A DNA stretch of 61,932 bases, counting the filler, from Choristocarpus tenellus KU-1152 (taxonomy: Eukaryota > Protista > Phaeophyceae): NCBI GenBank assembly GCA_964200185.2. It is 13 parts of 13 records of this genome, joined end to end, with 100 filler letters (N's around TTAATTAATTAA, not from the genome) between each part and the next. Parts side by side here need not be neighbours in the genome. Positions count along the whole stretch, not along the records: positions 9,877 to 14,505 come from CAXNAD020013726.1; positions 14,606 to 22,263 come from CAXNAD020005804.1; positions 22,364 to 26,051 come from CAXNAD020018512.1; positions 26,152 to 28,791 come from CAXNAD020026041.1; 9 more parts are not named here. The stretch is one strand, 5' to 3'. This document shows, in pieces, positions 13,348 through 27,233 of the stretch; the stretch's first letter is position 1; each line of letters begins with the position of its first letter. The position numbers and the translations under genes are program-made. The notes beneath the pieces are model-generated. The model was not told the DNA's origin and did not search any database. It saw only the letters and a program-made list of their open reading frames with translations.

Positions 13348-13385
13348 CCCTCCATGATCTTTCTTGCAATAACCTTGTTTGGTAG

Positions 13386-14365
13386 CCCAAGCAGCTTTCT
13401 GGTCTTGGTGCACCCAATATGGAGACCCTGATGCCAAAGGTGGATGAACCCATTGCGATGGTGGCCCCTCCGGAGGCGGTGATGGACCGCATCCACTTTG
13501 TCATCAACAACGTCACAGCTGCCAACCTCTCCTCAAAGGTAAAGGGTCTACACAAGTGAAAAGGCAGTCTTCTTTCCCCCTCGTACCCTGCTATTTTTTT
13601 CTACTTTTTTTCTGTGTCGTTAATGGAGAAGGAACACAGGGTGGTGATCGTTTGGTGATTGGTTGGTGGTTGGTTGTTGAAGGGCATGTGTGTATGCTTT
13701 TACCGTTTATATATTTTTTTGCTAGGAGTTGTTTTGGAGACTGGAAGATGGAACATCTGTGTATGTAATGATTCTTTGTTACATGTGCTTTTTTGTTGAT
13801 AGTATGATGTCAGGTTGTGGTTATGCTGTGCTTTGCACTATCGAATCATCTCCTTGATCATCCTTTTGTTGCAGAAATGTTAAAGGTAGCTGTATTTCTA
13901 ACTCTATAGTTGATTGCTGATTGCTTGGTCATGTCCCTGGTGTGTGGTGTGGTTGATGACACAGTTGCTGATGAAGAATGTTCCAATTTATCTTAATGGT
14001 GTTGCTTCAAAGCACCACCTACCCTGGTAAGGCCCAAGCTGAGTAACCTTGACAGGCCTAACTAGCCTTGCCTCCTTAAGAAATTTCCTGATGACAATGC
14101 TGTAGGTGCACCTTTTCCTATCAAATATACTTCTCTTGTTTGAGACTAAAGTTTCAAACCGATACTATCTAATCCAGCTTGGTGTAATTTGTGGGGGGGC
14201 TGTTACGGTTCATGATGGTTGTGCTTGCAGGTGGTTGAGGTCAAGTCCCATGTGCAGGAACACCCTGAGCACCATGCCTGGCTGGCCAACTATCTTGTGG
14301 TGAAACGCATATGCACGCAGCCCAACTTCCACGACCTGTACCTTGAGCTGGTCAAGGAGCTGGAG
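13386..14365 (+). CDS. CNOT1: CCR4-NOT subunit 1, two internal exons (13386-13538 and 14231-14365), CAF1-binding MIF4G region
   Basis: Spliced phase 0 across AAG|GTAAAG...TTGCAG|GTG: NMETLMPKVDEPIAMVAPPEAVMDRIHFVINNVTAANLSSK/VVEVKSHVQEHPEHHAWLANYLVVKRICTQPNFHDLYLELV, matching the NOT1 pattern PPE...I.F..NN.....W...YLV.KR...PNFH.LY. Confidence 0.9.
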
Positions 14366-16557
14366 GTGGGTTTTGTACCATCAACTGTGTGTGTTTGTTA
14401 CATGGCAGTTCCTAGTTTGGAGTGTTTTTTTTTCTTGTAGCTGAAGGGTGATTTTTTTTTTCCCCCTGGTCTATAGTTGACTTTATGACAAACCCCAATG
14501 TTAACNNNNNNNNNNNNNNNNNNNNNNNNNNNNNNNNNNNNNNNNNNNNTTAATTAATTAANNNNNNNNNNNNNNNNNNNNNNNNNNNNNNNNNNNNNNN
14601 NNNNNTTTAGACCTAGGCAGTATGCAATGACCCCCCCTCGTTTGATGAGGTTTGCAAAGCTCCACTCTCCCAGTCCCCCCAATCTTGTGCCGGCAGCCTT
14701 TGCCGCTCACCTGTCTTACCAGGGTGGCTTCCCTACAAAAGTCATCAAGGTCTGCCATCACGGTAAGCACCTTGGATACAGCAATATCTCCCCCTACTAG
14801 GTTTGATTGCTTGACTCCTTCTCCCTCGGGAGTCTGAGCTTAGCTTGAGGCTCTTCTTGGGCGAGCAGAGGGGTATCGAAGTTGACCATGATGATAAGCA
14901 CCTTGGGAATGCTAAGACGTCCTACGCTTGGCTCCTACTTCCTCGGGACTTGGAGGCTGACTCTAGCCCTTTTACAGGCAAGTGGGGGATCGTGAAGGTG
15001 TGCCATCGCGGTAAGCACCTTAGATTTAGCTGCTCCTTCCCTTCACGTGGAGGCTTGGTTACTGCTGCTCTTGCTGTTCTCCTCCCACCCCCATTGGTTG
15101 CAGGTACGACCGCTGCTTTTATCCCTCCATCAACAAACCACTTAGCAGCTCCAATTGATGGGCATCCCCCCTCATGGAAGTATGGTGACTGCTCCAGGCC
15201 GATTGTTACATACAGGGGCCTGGGCGGCTGGACTATGCCCACGGCCAACTCCTTTACTACCCGTCCATAGTATTGCTAACTTTACTGACCCGGACAAGGT
15301 CTCCACAAATCCCAAAAGACTCTGGAGCCCTGAGTAGTCATCCAGATTCTTCATGGATGTGTTTAGAGGATCTCTATCATCTGTATCTCTCGACATTGAA
15401 GCTATCAGATGTTAGAAACCAGCTTCGTCTCCATGATGAATAAGCTCTTCCATCTTCTTGGTCTCGGTGTCAAGAAAATCCTATACAATGGAGAGCCTCA
15501 CCCGTTTGAGGTATTTCCTAGCCTTTTTCAACACCTTTCCTGTTTGAGGTATTTCCTGGAAAGTGGCGTTTTGGGGGTCTGTGTGGAGTTGTTTCCATGC
15601 CCTTTCCCGTTCTACCCAGGTTTTTCAGGAAGTTTGGTTGAACTTGTTCACTTGCACACTACCCTCTCAATGATACCCTCCAAGGGGGTGGAAGGACTTC
15701 TGAGGCAGCGTCGAACAAATGGGCTGCGTACGACTATTCCAAATTCTCGACATTGATTGGTAGGTACATCAGCTGTATCTTTGGGTTAGCACTGCCTCTT
15801 CTCTGTTGAAGATTTTTTGCCAGGTATGGTACGTCGTTTACAACCCACTAACCATACTGAAGATGGTTTGAATTTCTAGGTCACCTTAGATTGGCGTTTC
15901 TTGTTTTTTCATTTTTTATTTTGATAATGATTCTTTCTTTTTAATAGTGAATTTGATTTTACTCAAACTGATTTTTCGTAATACATTTTCTTATCGCCAA
16001 TAGATCAAAAACCAAATTAATTTCATTTTGCGCAAACACTACTGATTTTGATTGTGGATTTTCTTATCGCTATTGTACAAAGCACCGTAATGAATTTCAT
16101 TATGCGCAAATAATCTAGTAATATGACCTAATAATTTGTGTTTGATCAATAATCATGTACCATGAAATACACCCTCTTCTAAAACTAACTTCTATTGAGT
16201 TCGAATAATCAAATAGTGTATAGATGTTGGAGAGATATCTTTCACATTTACAACAAATTTAATAGTGTAGGATTATATTGAATAATAAAATGATATTGAA
16301 TTCATTTTCTGGGAATCCTACCCTAACGTTTTCGTGTCGGGATTCTACCACTCTATCTTCTTCGAATATCCGTTTACTTATTACAACAACAATCACGTCC
16401 TCACCCTACACCCGATCGTTGTTGCTTCCACCCCACCACCTCCCCATGTCAATATTCCGTCTCATTCAATAAACTTCCTCAGCTAAGAACAAACTGTATT
16501 CTTTGCCATCACACATTGGTATCTCCCTGTTCAACCAGCCCCACAAGTTGGACAAAG

Positions 16558-17547
16558 ATGCTATCATCCAATGAACACAATAAATATGGGCGGGCACTGT
16601 TTGCGACATGGTGTGCGACAGGCTTCGTAGGTTCCCTTTTACTAATGGCTACTTCGTCCGATCTCCTGATCAGCTATTCTTTGCGAGGTGCGGGTCCTCG
16701 ACGTCTGGCAAACAAGGTTGCGAGTATGCGTCCTAATGTCCTTCCAGTGTGCTCCTCTGTGGTGGTTTCGGCAGCTGCTGGGGCCCTGTCTGGTACATAT
16801 GATCACGATGGAACGTACAATGACGGACGCCCCGTCTTTGTCAATGCTGGAGGGGGGAAGATTTTCGCTCTTGAGGGGGTGGGACCAGCCACGCATTGGT
16901 TTATGACTGGGAGTTCCCGGTTCTTCATGTCGACCACTGGGGATGTCTTCGAGCCGGTGGACCTCCGCTCATCCGTTCTGTGGACTATGGAAAACTTCGC
17001 TAACCAGTGCATGGAAGGAAGCGGACCTTGTAAAGTGCAGGTGCCAATCACCTGTGCCCCGAATCACGGAGACTTCAACGGATGCCGCATACTCCGTTTG
17101 GATGAAATGGGGGTTCCCAAGGTTTTCGAACACAGCATGGAAGTCGCAAACGCCCGACCAGTCTATAGGGCTGCAGCGGGCGCGATCGGGTCAATCTACT
17201 CAGCAAGAATCTCGGTCTGTCCAAAGGAGGGCATCGTGTCTCTCCTTGGCCCCACTTCCACCGTATCCGATGTGTTCATAGCGACACTTTCAAACCTAGA
17301 CCTTAAAGGAAGGTGTGAAATTGATGTCTGGTATATCACCGAAGCTGGCGGAGAGCTGAACAGATCCACGGAGTTCTTCGTTTCCTTGTCCAGCGCACAG
17401 GTCCCTACTGAAGTTGATGTGTGGTATAGGTATATCCCATCCAAACTAGAGGTCGCTGGAAGCTTTGCTATTCAATCAGAGGGATCCGTCCGGTGTGCAG
17501 GCACTATGGCGCAGTCTACGTTGGTGACCTCCCAAACACAACAATAA
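16558..17547 (+). CDS. Intronless membrane-anchored or secreted Cys-containing protein with two similar domains
   Basis: 329-aa ORF from ATG 16558. N-terminal hydrophobic segment, then LRG...RRL motif, then two domains sharing RPV(F/Y)...W (NDGRPVF, ANARPVY). Confidence 0.7.
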   Translation: MLSSNEHNKYGRALFATWCATGFVGSLLLMATSSDLLISYSLRGAGPRRLANKVASMRPNVLPVCSSVVVSAAAGALSGTYDHDGTYNDGRPVFVNAGGGKIFALEGVGPATHWFMTGSSRFFMSTTGDVFEPVDLRSSVLWTMENFANQCMEGSGPCKVQVPITCAPNHGDFNGCRILRLDEMGVPKVFEHSMEVANARPVYRAAAGAIGSIYSARISVCPKEGIVSLLGPTSTVSDVFIATLSNLDLKGRCEIDVWYITEAGGELNRSTEFFVSLSSAQVPTEVDVWYRYIPSKLEVAGSFAIQSEGSVRCAGTMAQSTLVTSQTQQ

Positions 17548-18629
17548 TATATAGTGCAATTCAGCTCGGCTTGCGTGGTACTGTGTTACTTGTCCGTGTT
17601 GTATCCAGTGAATTGTCCTGCTATATCAGAAGTCCATTGATTTGATTTGAAAGAGAGGCGGATTGAGTGTATTTGTGTTAGTTACTCTGCGTGTCTGTTC
17701 TTCTGCTTGACTTATGCAAGTAGATACATGGGTGTGGTTTGTTATGTATATATGAAAAGGTCGCATTTACTCACTTCCATTCCGAAATGAGATTCTTGAG
17801 CATCTACTATGTAGATTATCCCCTACCTGCACTCTGTGTAAAGCTTGAAGACAAGCCTTAAACCCCCAAATAATTTTAGATTCAAATAATCTTTTCTGGT
17901 TCACTTTTCTGCATTTGCCATTGCAGCATGCCATGCTCATCCCCTCGGATAAATGCACTGTTTACCACATACTTACCACCTTCTTTGCTTGTACATGCCT
18001 CAGGTATTCCTCTCAGTAGTCGTTTGCCCCCAATTGCTACATTTGTGGCATTTGTTCCCCTCTCTCTATAAATTTCCTACTGCAATTCTTGCATACCCAC
18101 CATGTAGGCATCACTTAGGTTGGAACGTTGTAAACTGTCTGTATATATGGGAAGCATTTTGTACTACTGTGCAATAATTGTTGCACCAATAAATGAACTA
18201 TAGCTCATCATCACCATTTCTCATGCAAACCTGATGCTCAAGGCCAGTGCCTTTTCAAGTGTGATGTCAGGAATGTGGAGCTAACATTGACTTTATGTGA
18301 GTTCCAAAAAAATCAACAAATGAGCAAGACCCACCCACACTATAGACCATGTGAATGACCTGTGCAGGTCACTCCTTAGGCTGAGATAAGATTCATTCCA
18401 ACATTGTGAGAATGTAAGACTACTCTATTGAACTAGTCGTTTTTTTTCCTTTATGTAACCTCACATATATGCTAGTATCAGTATAGTCGTAGAATATATA
18501 TTACCAAATGCACAACAAACCTCGACTAAGACAGGTGAGCTAACTCTCAGGAAGCAGGCCAGTCCTTCGATACCACTTATCCTCTGACAATACTTGAATA
18601 ACCCGTGACCATACTCGCTCCAATTTCCT

Positions 18630-21445
18630 CCTGGATTCATGCTAACGACATCAGTTCTTTTTGATATAGAGCCAGTCACTCGAGCTCCCATGTCTCTTGC
18701 TGCTGCTTGCACCTCAGCTTGCTTCATCGTTCGACACACAAATCAATTAACAGGAACAAACGGACAAAGAGTGGGATTTTAGAGTGGGGGTGACCAACTC
18801 TGCTTCATGCTGCACGATAAATTGTGAACTGTATGACCCCAACTCTTCTCAACACCCTATCGACTCTGTGTGCCTCACTGATTGGGCAGTATACTATGTG
18901 ACAAACCTGCATACAGTAAGGGAGCACAGTCAGACTCTCCTATCACAGAGGGTTGCATTCAGGTCTACCAGGGGAGCTGGGTGATAGACACCAAATCACC
19001 AGCTGGAAATAAATATAAAATGCACATTGAATCCCTCAACAGAAGAACCCGCCTTTTAGTTTTGGGAAGGATTTTCAAGGACGGCTGGTTGAACCACCCT
19101 GAGGCAAGACAATAGCTTGCAATACCAGTTCAAGGTTGGTACAAATTCATTGTAAAACTGAACCTTGAGGAGCTGTCCAAAAACAAACAGGTAGCGCCTT
19201 TGGGGTCAAAGTATCTGGGAGGGGGTGGTGGATGTCCATTTGGAGCCGATTCTTACATGTCGCGATTTTGGGGTTAGCTGGTTACATGCGCGAGATTTGT
19301 AACGCATTTTATAGATCCATGTGTATATACTTTCGTATACTTGTCCTGAAGAAGTGTGGGAAAATATGCTGTCATTGCTTGGTGGCATTGCTTAAGTGTG
19401 GTAAAGTAGCCATGTTCGTGTGCTTTTGCTCAATACGTATGGAAACAATCTTGTTCTTGGTTTGTGTAACTGATGGTTTAGGCTTCATGAAGTGAGTATG
19501 ATAATTTGTGTAACTGATTATTTGGACTTGATTGAAGCGAATAAACGGTTTCATTGATTTAAGCAGATGGTGAGGTATGGTATGTAAAAGTTCTTGTCGT
19601 AGACGTACATCGCTTTTTTATATACAGGGGGGCTTGGGGTAAATGAGAGGTATCCTCGAGCTGCAAAGGGATGGGGATAGGGTTGTTTAAACATTTCCAA
19701 TTTTTTGGGGAACTTATCCACATGAATTTTGAATTCGGGTATCTGGGTTGGGGTGATGGCTGTCCATGTGAGTCAGGGGTGGTGGGCATGTCGCGAATTT
19801 CGGTCGATTTGGTTTCATGAGTTGCATGGACAATGCATTTTGTGGACCTGGTTGTATATATGTTCGTGCCCTCGGGATTAAGAAGTATGAGAAAACATAC
19901 TGTCACCAATTAGTGTTCAAAAATATTTCGATTTTTGATGAATGGAATCAATGCTTTAATCGATAAAAGTGCGGTGAAGTCGATTATGGAAGCACCTAGG
20001 GGACTTCTGCACAGCATTGCAACAGAAAGCAAGGGTTGAAACGTTTTCACCACACTACCATTGCACGTTGTATGGTGCACCAATCCATGCCTTATCCTTA
20101 CCATGACTAAGACTGCGTATCACAACTCTCTGGAGGTCACACACAGCATATCAGTCCTCACCCCAGACCCAGCACACTCAGCATCACCTCACCTGGCCAG
20201 GCTCCCTGTGAATACAGCCATCTTTCCCAACACCCATGCCCATGCCCATGCAGCCTCCGTCTCTGATACCCCCCAAGTCATTGCGTGACCGTAGTAGCGA
20301 AAGCTTTCTCTGTATTCCTCCCCTCCCATCACTCTTCTCAATAAAGTGCACTTCCTTTGCTAACGCCAGTACCACCTCTTGGTTGCTCTTTGCCTCTGCA
20401 AACTGCACCAGAGAATTCAAGATGGCAGGGCCCATGCCTTGAATCCCCTCGAAAGGTTCAAGGCTGATTCTTGTCCACCCTCTTCACATGCCTCAGCCTC
20501 TCTAAAAGTTATCAAAGGACATTCCAGGGTGCTCTTCAGTAATGGGAAGAATTATGGCTTTTGAGACGGAAGATGGTAAGCGACTAATCCGTACAATACA
20601 GAGCTTTATTGACAAGGTATGATTTTGACATCACATTTTTGTCAGTCAGATCACTAACAGTACACACTGCAGTGGAGCAGGTTAAAATGAGAACACACCA
20701 ACACAATATTGCCCTTATGATCATGTTTGGGAAGAGAACACACAAGAAAAGTTTGGTTGGTAACAATATGTAATAACATGAACATGATACCCCTTGGCTT
20801 GTATAGTGTGCGACATCATGAATCCTCCCCTTCATCTGCCTTCTGATGAATTGCAATACTTGGGTATTGTGGATATTGCTATCAATATGACCACTACAGC
20901 ATGCCTCACAACAGCACTGCAAAGAATCTGGGATTTGGACTACACTTCACATAGAGTCCAACACCACACCTTAAAACCTAAAAAGACAAAACCATTTTTC
21001 CACCCCCCTGAAGAATGATAACTACCATCTACTAATATATCAATTGTCACCTGTAGTAGAGGTACTACAGTGATATCCTTCCAAATATTATGTCTGCAGG
21101 AAAGGAGAGTAAGCATGTCTAATGTCTAAAGCTAAGGTTATCCCCACTACACAATTAGCATTTGTGAGTGACAAAACAAGAAAAAAGTCAATGCTATCCC
21201 CTGACTTGAAATACATCACTAATATTTGGTATTTGATAAAACACATACCTACCAATACTATCAAAAGGAGGAGGAGAGGACAAAATAGCCAGAGCACTGC
21301 AATATGTTTAGCCGATCACTTGTCACTCTCTGCATCACACCTTGAGAGAGCACCCCGCTATTCCTCAAAATTAACCCCAAAACTGACTGCCATGATGTCT
21401 GCCATTCTGGCTCCCACATGCCTAATACCCAGTGCACAGATAAAC
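18630..21445 (-). pseudogene. NAD+-dependent DNA ligase (LigA-type) C-terminal HhH and BRCT exons, decayed
   Basis: Exon 21341-21445 RFICALGIRHVGARMADIMAVSFG has an in-frame TAG. Exon ~20193-20501 has GIQGMGPAILNSLVQF...NQEVVLAL and, in another frame, LGKMAVFTGSLAR. Exon ~18630-18731 has TMKQAEVQAAARDMGARVTGSISKRTDVV (BRCT). Confidence 0.85.
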
Positions 21446-24400
21446 CTGACATGTAACCAAAAGGATATTCTAGGTTGCTTTACTCAATGATCTTTAACTA
21501 CTTGTTCTGGGTGCACATTTTGTCGCTCCTGCTAACATTTTGGAGTTGTTATCAGGATACCACTATTATAAATTAAATATCATTACTCCTTGTCACTATT
21601 TCATAGTGTCTGTTATTGTCCTTGCTCTACTGTACTGTACAAGTGCTGCATTGTATCTAGTGTATCCCTATTACTACTAATAGCATTAATAATACTCTAC
21701 ATATGCCAATATAAACACTGTTTAAAAAAATGATGCTATTAAAAAAAACTATCAATGGGAACAGGGTGTGTTGCGGGGCAAAGTGTTAATTCCTCTTGAT
21801 GCAACACTAATGGCGCAAATTTTGCAATCAGTAATTGCATTCTGCCTGTGTCCTCTCAGTCTTGCTTTGACTACAGTAGTTAATATTATTATTTCGCCAC
21901 AAGCATGCTGGAAGGATGATGGAATGGTAATAATTTTCCCATACAAACCTTTTGCTATCAGCTCTTAATATTATTAACTATTATGTTGAACTAGTTTGTT
22001 ACGTCAACAAAAAACTGTGGAATGATGCAGACCATGGGATAAGGGAAACGTGTCCTTGTCCTTCCAAAAAAAACATCCAAAAACTCAAGAAAGGTGTCAA
22101 CACACAAACAGCAGTGAGTCAAAGAAAACAAGAGGTACCGTAGAAAGCATGTTTGCCTGTTATTATACCGTTATTGCCGTATGTCATATACCGTTAGACT
22201 CAAAGTATCTGGGAGGGGGTGGCGGCTGTCCATTTGGGGTCAATTTTTTCATGTCGCGATTTTNNNNNNNNNNNNNNNNNNNNNNNNNNNNNNNNNNNNN
22301 NNNNNNNTTAATTAATTAANNNNNNNNNNNNNNNNNNNNNNNNNNNNNNNNNNNNNNNNNNNNCCCCCCTCCCAGATACTTTGGGTCTCCACCATACCTG
22401 ACCCAATCAACAACCGAACACCGAATATTCTGACATATTTCGTGGGTACCCTAAAATCTGATTCTACATTGGGAAAGGGTTCGACTAAGCATGTCCACGC
22501 ACAACCAAATTCGAAGAGCTGAAAGCAAAAAATGTCACCGTTGATACACGCATCGAGTGCTACCAACATACTCGCCAATACCCAATAACCTTTGCAATGC
22601 ACCGCAACACAACACCGACTACCTTGTGCGTTGTGACCACAACGCACTCCTGCATCTCTTGTTAATAAATACGAATGGTATCCATCTAAGATTGATGCTT
22701 TGTGTCGTTGGACACTGGCTATTAAATTTGTGCCTTCCTGCGTTTGCTATATATATACACCCCTTCGCAATTCAAAGCCTCCGCAACAAAAAAATAGGTT
22801 CTAATTTGAACGACATAACTCTTGGTACTTCCACACACACAAACGAGCCTTGTACGCCCGTTTGGTATTCGAATCGTTTTATTGCCATTCATAACACACA
22901 TGAAGCACAACTCCTTGGACCTGAAACCCTAACCCAATACCTGAAAATTGGAAGGTGAAGAGGAACCTTGTATTGAAGAATGTGGGGAGGGGTGATCTGT
23001 CCGTGAAGATCGTCAATTTCTTGAAGGGTATTACCCTAAATAACGGTGATGAAGATGAAGGCAAGCAAGTGCTGTATTATTTGAGCGAAAACTATTATAG
23101 TTCATGATTTTTTATCTTCCACCATCATACAACCGTTACGCGCGCCGTAGAGTCAGAAGTTCTTTCATATTTCATACAGTTTCATTCCCTGTTCCACACA
23201 CCACCACACACATTATACCATACACTACCACACACACGAATTTCTCTAGGTCTACGTGCGTGCATCTCTTGGTGACGAAATACGGGTTATGATTTCATCC
23301 AATACAACTCCGTTTTTATTTTGTTGCATCTATCAGCAGGGCAGGGACTGTTGTTCCTGATCCTACCCTTTGTTTAGATATTCCGTTGAACACTGACACA
23401 ACTTCCTCCTTTAAAAGTTGAAATAAACTCTGACAGTCACAGGGGTGCCATAGAAAATTGTTGTTGATGTGTATAATACTTGATGTTATGGATATCTCAT
23501 TTGCCCACACACGGCTACCCTTACTGCAATAGTCTCTCCCTATTGGCACTGAATTACTCGGTCAACATTATAGGTGCGTTGCTAGGGTCCTTGCTATTAC
23601 CATTCCCACTGACAGTCGTCTAGAACCCTACGTCCAGTAGTACCAAACGTCTCGATCTTACCAGATACGTCCACAGGAAGGACAAGTCTAGAAAACTAGA
23701 CCTTTTCAAATTTTGTTCTCTAGAACACTAGAAATATCATTTCTGGAAAGTAACGATTTCATGTGAAAATCGCTCTTTATTCACCACTTATCTGGCGCTT
23801 CGATTATCTTCAATACAAATCTGTAGAGCATAAAATGCGAACACCCTTCACTATTTTTTATTGTGCGCCCGTATCTTTTATCTACTTCTGACACACACCA
23901 GCTAGCTTCAGGCTTCCCTATCGCTGATAGTTCTTGCCTTCGAAATTTTGAATTAGTGCGATTTCTATAAACCTACCACCCATAATCATTTGTGGTAAAC
24001 ATTTTTTTCTCTGCTGGGGACCTGGAAATATACCACCTTCAAGTACTACATCTTCTCCTCTAGATTATATCTGTATCTTTATGTTTCTTCATAAAAACAT
24101 AAAATACACAAACAAAAAACGCCAGGCCAATAAAATTATAAGTCGATGACATATCTTCACCAGTCCATTTATGTAGGGAAGCTCTCACCATCCAAATACA
24201 AAATACACGCACGAAATGATCATTATATATAGAAACGTTCGGAACGATCCTTGACTGCTGTCCAACTTGGAATTCCTTCGCCCTTTCCTTTTTCCCCACA
24301 TCCCGCTGTTCCAGACTCGAGCCGTACAACATGCATCATCGTAACGCCAGACGGAAAAGTAATGACAGCACATCGTCTGGAGGAAGTGCTCGAGAAAACA

Positions 24401-27050
24401 TGAACTATACACGGGAACACAATTACAAACATGAGCACCCAGCCATGTGGTGTGGTGATGACCTATACTGTTCTGGGCGGGAACCATGAATCCCAATGTG
24501 TGGAAGGTCATGTTAAGAAGCTTTCAAAGTTCAACATATTTACAACCTCCAAGACATCAGGAGAGTGTGGTACTGCGAGGTCGTGTAACGAAGGTCTGGA
24601 CCTTTTGAGAGTGAGAAAGGAGAGGAAATGAAGAACCCCCTACGACGTTGCTTCAAATTATTTTCTCTTCTGTGCAGAGGAACAGGGAGATGAAGAAAAG
24701 TTGCAGACGGCACAGATCTGGGGATGGAATCCATCACTAAAGGGGGAAGTGCTGGAGGAGAAGATGACAACGGTGACGATCCTAGATCCAGTAGTAACCC
24801 CTGCGCCGGACCGTAATCGTTCCACTCTGATGGTAAAGTCAACATCAGAATGACAGTAATATTCCTCGAGGCTTGCATGTCGGAACTCCTCCGTTTGGTC
24901 GAGAGATTGGCACCAACAAACAACCATGGTTGGAATCGACGAGGGCTGGTAAATCTGATATGCACATTGTCCTGGACGACTATTTCTACGTTCACGAAGG
25001 AAATCTTGGATGGGCTTTGTAACATGTAAAATTGGGAGCCTGAACCTTACGTTCAACACCTTTTATTTTCCAAGGATTTGTGTTTCTGAACTTGGCACCG
25101 TTACACGCTCATATTCTGTTATTAGATACGCCATGGCGACACTGCAATTCAGTTCATGGACTTTGTTCATACAGCTGACCATTGGCTCGTAACTGATCGA
25201 AACAGTGTGCCTCTTTTCAACTAGTGACTTGGTCTAGTCGTCAATGCTTCGAAAACAGCAGCTATGTTTCAACACTTGAGTTCACATTTGTATTTAGACA
25301 TGATCAGAGCACAATCGCAGCACGCAGATACACGCTAATATAAAATAATACACCAGGCGAGAACATTTGTTCACCACAACAACTACTTTTTCCTCTGCTG
25401 CAAAGGGAGCTCTTTCTCCCATTACACTGTGCAGTGTATCGCGCAGGGTTTCGTCCTCATTTCGTTAATTGTTGGGGTATATACACTTCTTTGGATCTAC
25501 TGGCTAAAAGCGCCAAGGTAATAACAAGGGAGAACCCGTTTTGGGCGGGTTTGCCTTAAAAATCGTTCTTTATATACTCTACATCAATCACACACACATG
25601 CCAGACTTTGCGCCAGTTTCGACGTAGGAGGGTAGATTTCCGCCTTTTTTTGAACTTTCGAAGACTATTTCTATATATATTATTTAGATATTATGTTAGA
25701 GGCGAGCAGCGCGAGTATTTCTTCCCACAATTTAACTGGCGCGAGGAGTGTACACGCGTGGGGAACTCCAAAAGGGAAACTCCGATTTGATAAAAAGTTG
25801 CAGAATAATATCTGTAACTTGGGTAGGTCGCAACGGTTCCCAGATGTATTCCAACGTCTGTAAACCAAGGAACCGGAAAGAATAAATGATGATAAGATAT
25901 CCAAAAAACGGCTCCAAATGGCTCACTTCCCAAAGGGTTCAGACACCCACATAGGACACTCTTAACTGATATCGATAAACGTTCTCATGCTATTGATTCA
26001 TTAAGAATACCCCTGTTCTGCTGAGCTGACGGGTCAAAGTATCTGGGGGGGNNNNNNNNNNNNNNNNNNNNNNNNNNNNNNNNNNNNNNNNNNNNTTAAT
26101 TAATTAANNNNNNNNNNNNNNNNNNNNNNNNNNNNNNNNNNNNNNNNNNNNCACGGTATAACGGTATATGGCATACGGCAATAACGGTATAATAACAGAC
26201 AAACATGCTTTCCACACTACTACTACTTTTAGTTTTGTCGACTCTAACCTGCACTCCAAGATCCTGTTTAAGGTCGTTCTCTGCCCACAAGGCATGATCC
26301 CAAAACTTAAGATTGACATTACATGGACCAAGATTCTGAACTTGGGGTTGGTCAGTTGATTGACTTCTTTGTAAGATGATGTTATTGCTTGTCAGGGAAC
26401 ACATGTGTTGTTGTTTTTTTAGTCAGAGGCAAAAGAAGGAGTAGAAGATGGACATGGCTAAGCATGCAAAGGTTGGAAGAAGCTCTTATGACCACGTATA
26501 GCGCCAAGGGAATAAAAAAATACTCAACATTCAACTTGTGTTGTCTTCGTCTCACAGCTCCAAGAAGGCCGTAATCAATACTTTGAAGTAGTATGTAGCA
26601 CCCTTGAATATAGTGAGGAACAGGAGGTATTTAACCAAAAAATAATGCTTAGACTGTTGTTCCAGTGTCCCAAACAATTTGAGCTATAACGGTCAAGTTC
26701 AACAAAGAAAGCAGGTGGAGCAAGGTGGGTTAAAAATTCTGTTCTTCCAAATATCAACACACAAACGAAACAATCTGCCCACCTCTTTAGGTTTCGAAAA
26801 CCTGAATCTGTACGACGACTACCACTTCTTTGGATGATATACAACCAAGGTGAGGTGGGGACATGTTACATCTATTATAATATGTACAGTTACACATCCC
26901 TTATGATATTTCCATCCTGGCGTTTTTTTGCTTACCTCTGTCTTTTTGTTGGGAAGAGTAATAACACAAGCCAGTGCTACGACAAAGTGTTTGATCCAAA
27001 ACAATAAGAAAACGTTGAGGGTCTCATTCCATTACTTAATGACATCTACA

Positions 27051-27233
27051 GACCCAAACTATCTGGGGGGGGGGGGGGGGGTCTACCCGAGGGTGTCCAT
27101 TTTTGACCAAAATCGGGAAAAGTGCATTTGCATTATCCATCCGACGTATGGCAGCCAAATCACCCAAAAATTGTGATATGAAAAAAATGATCCCAAATGG
27201 ACAGCCGTCACTCCCTCCCAGATGCTTTGAGCC
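27051..27233 (+). mobile_element. MITE family B, full copy (also 28906-29086; partial at ~19203, 22197-22263, 22364-22387, 26031-26051, 28731-28760, 58806-58862, 58963-59049)
   Basis: TIRs GACCCAAACTATCTGGGGGG / CTCCCAGATGCTTTGAGCC. TSD is ACA here and AAA for the 28906 copy. Confidence 0.87.

Noticed and set aside
24190-25140. Possible degenerate transposon-associated Myb-like ORF (LLRLVERLAPTNNHGW)
   Set aside because: Too fragmentary, with many stops, to support a call.
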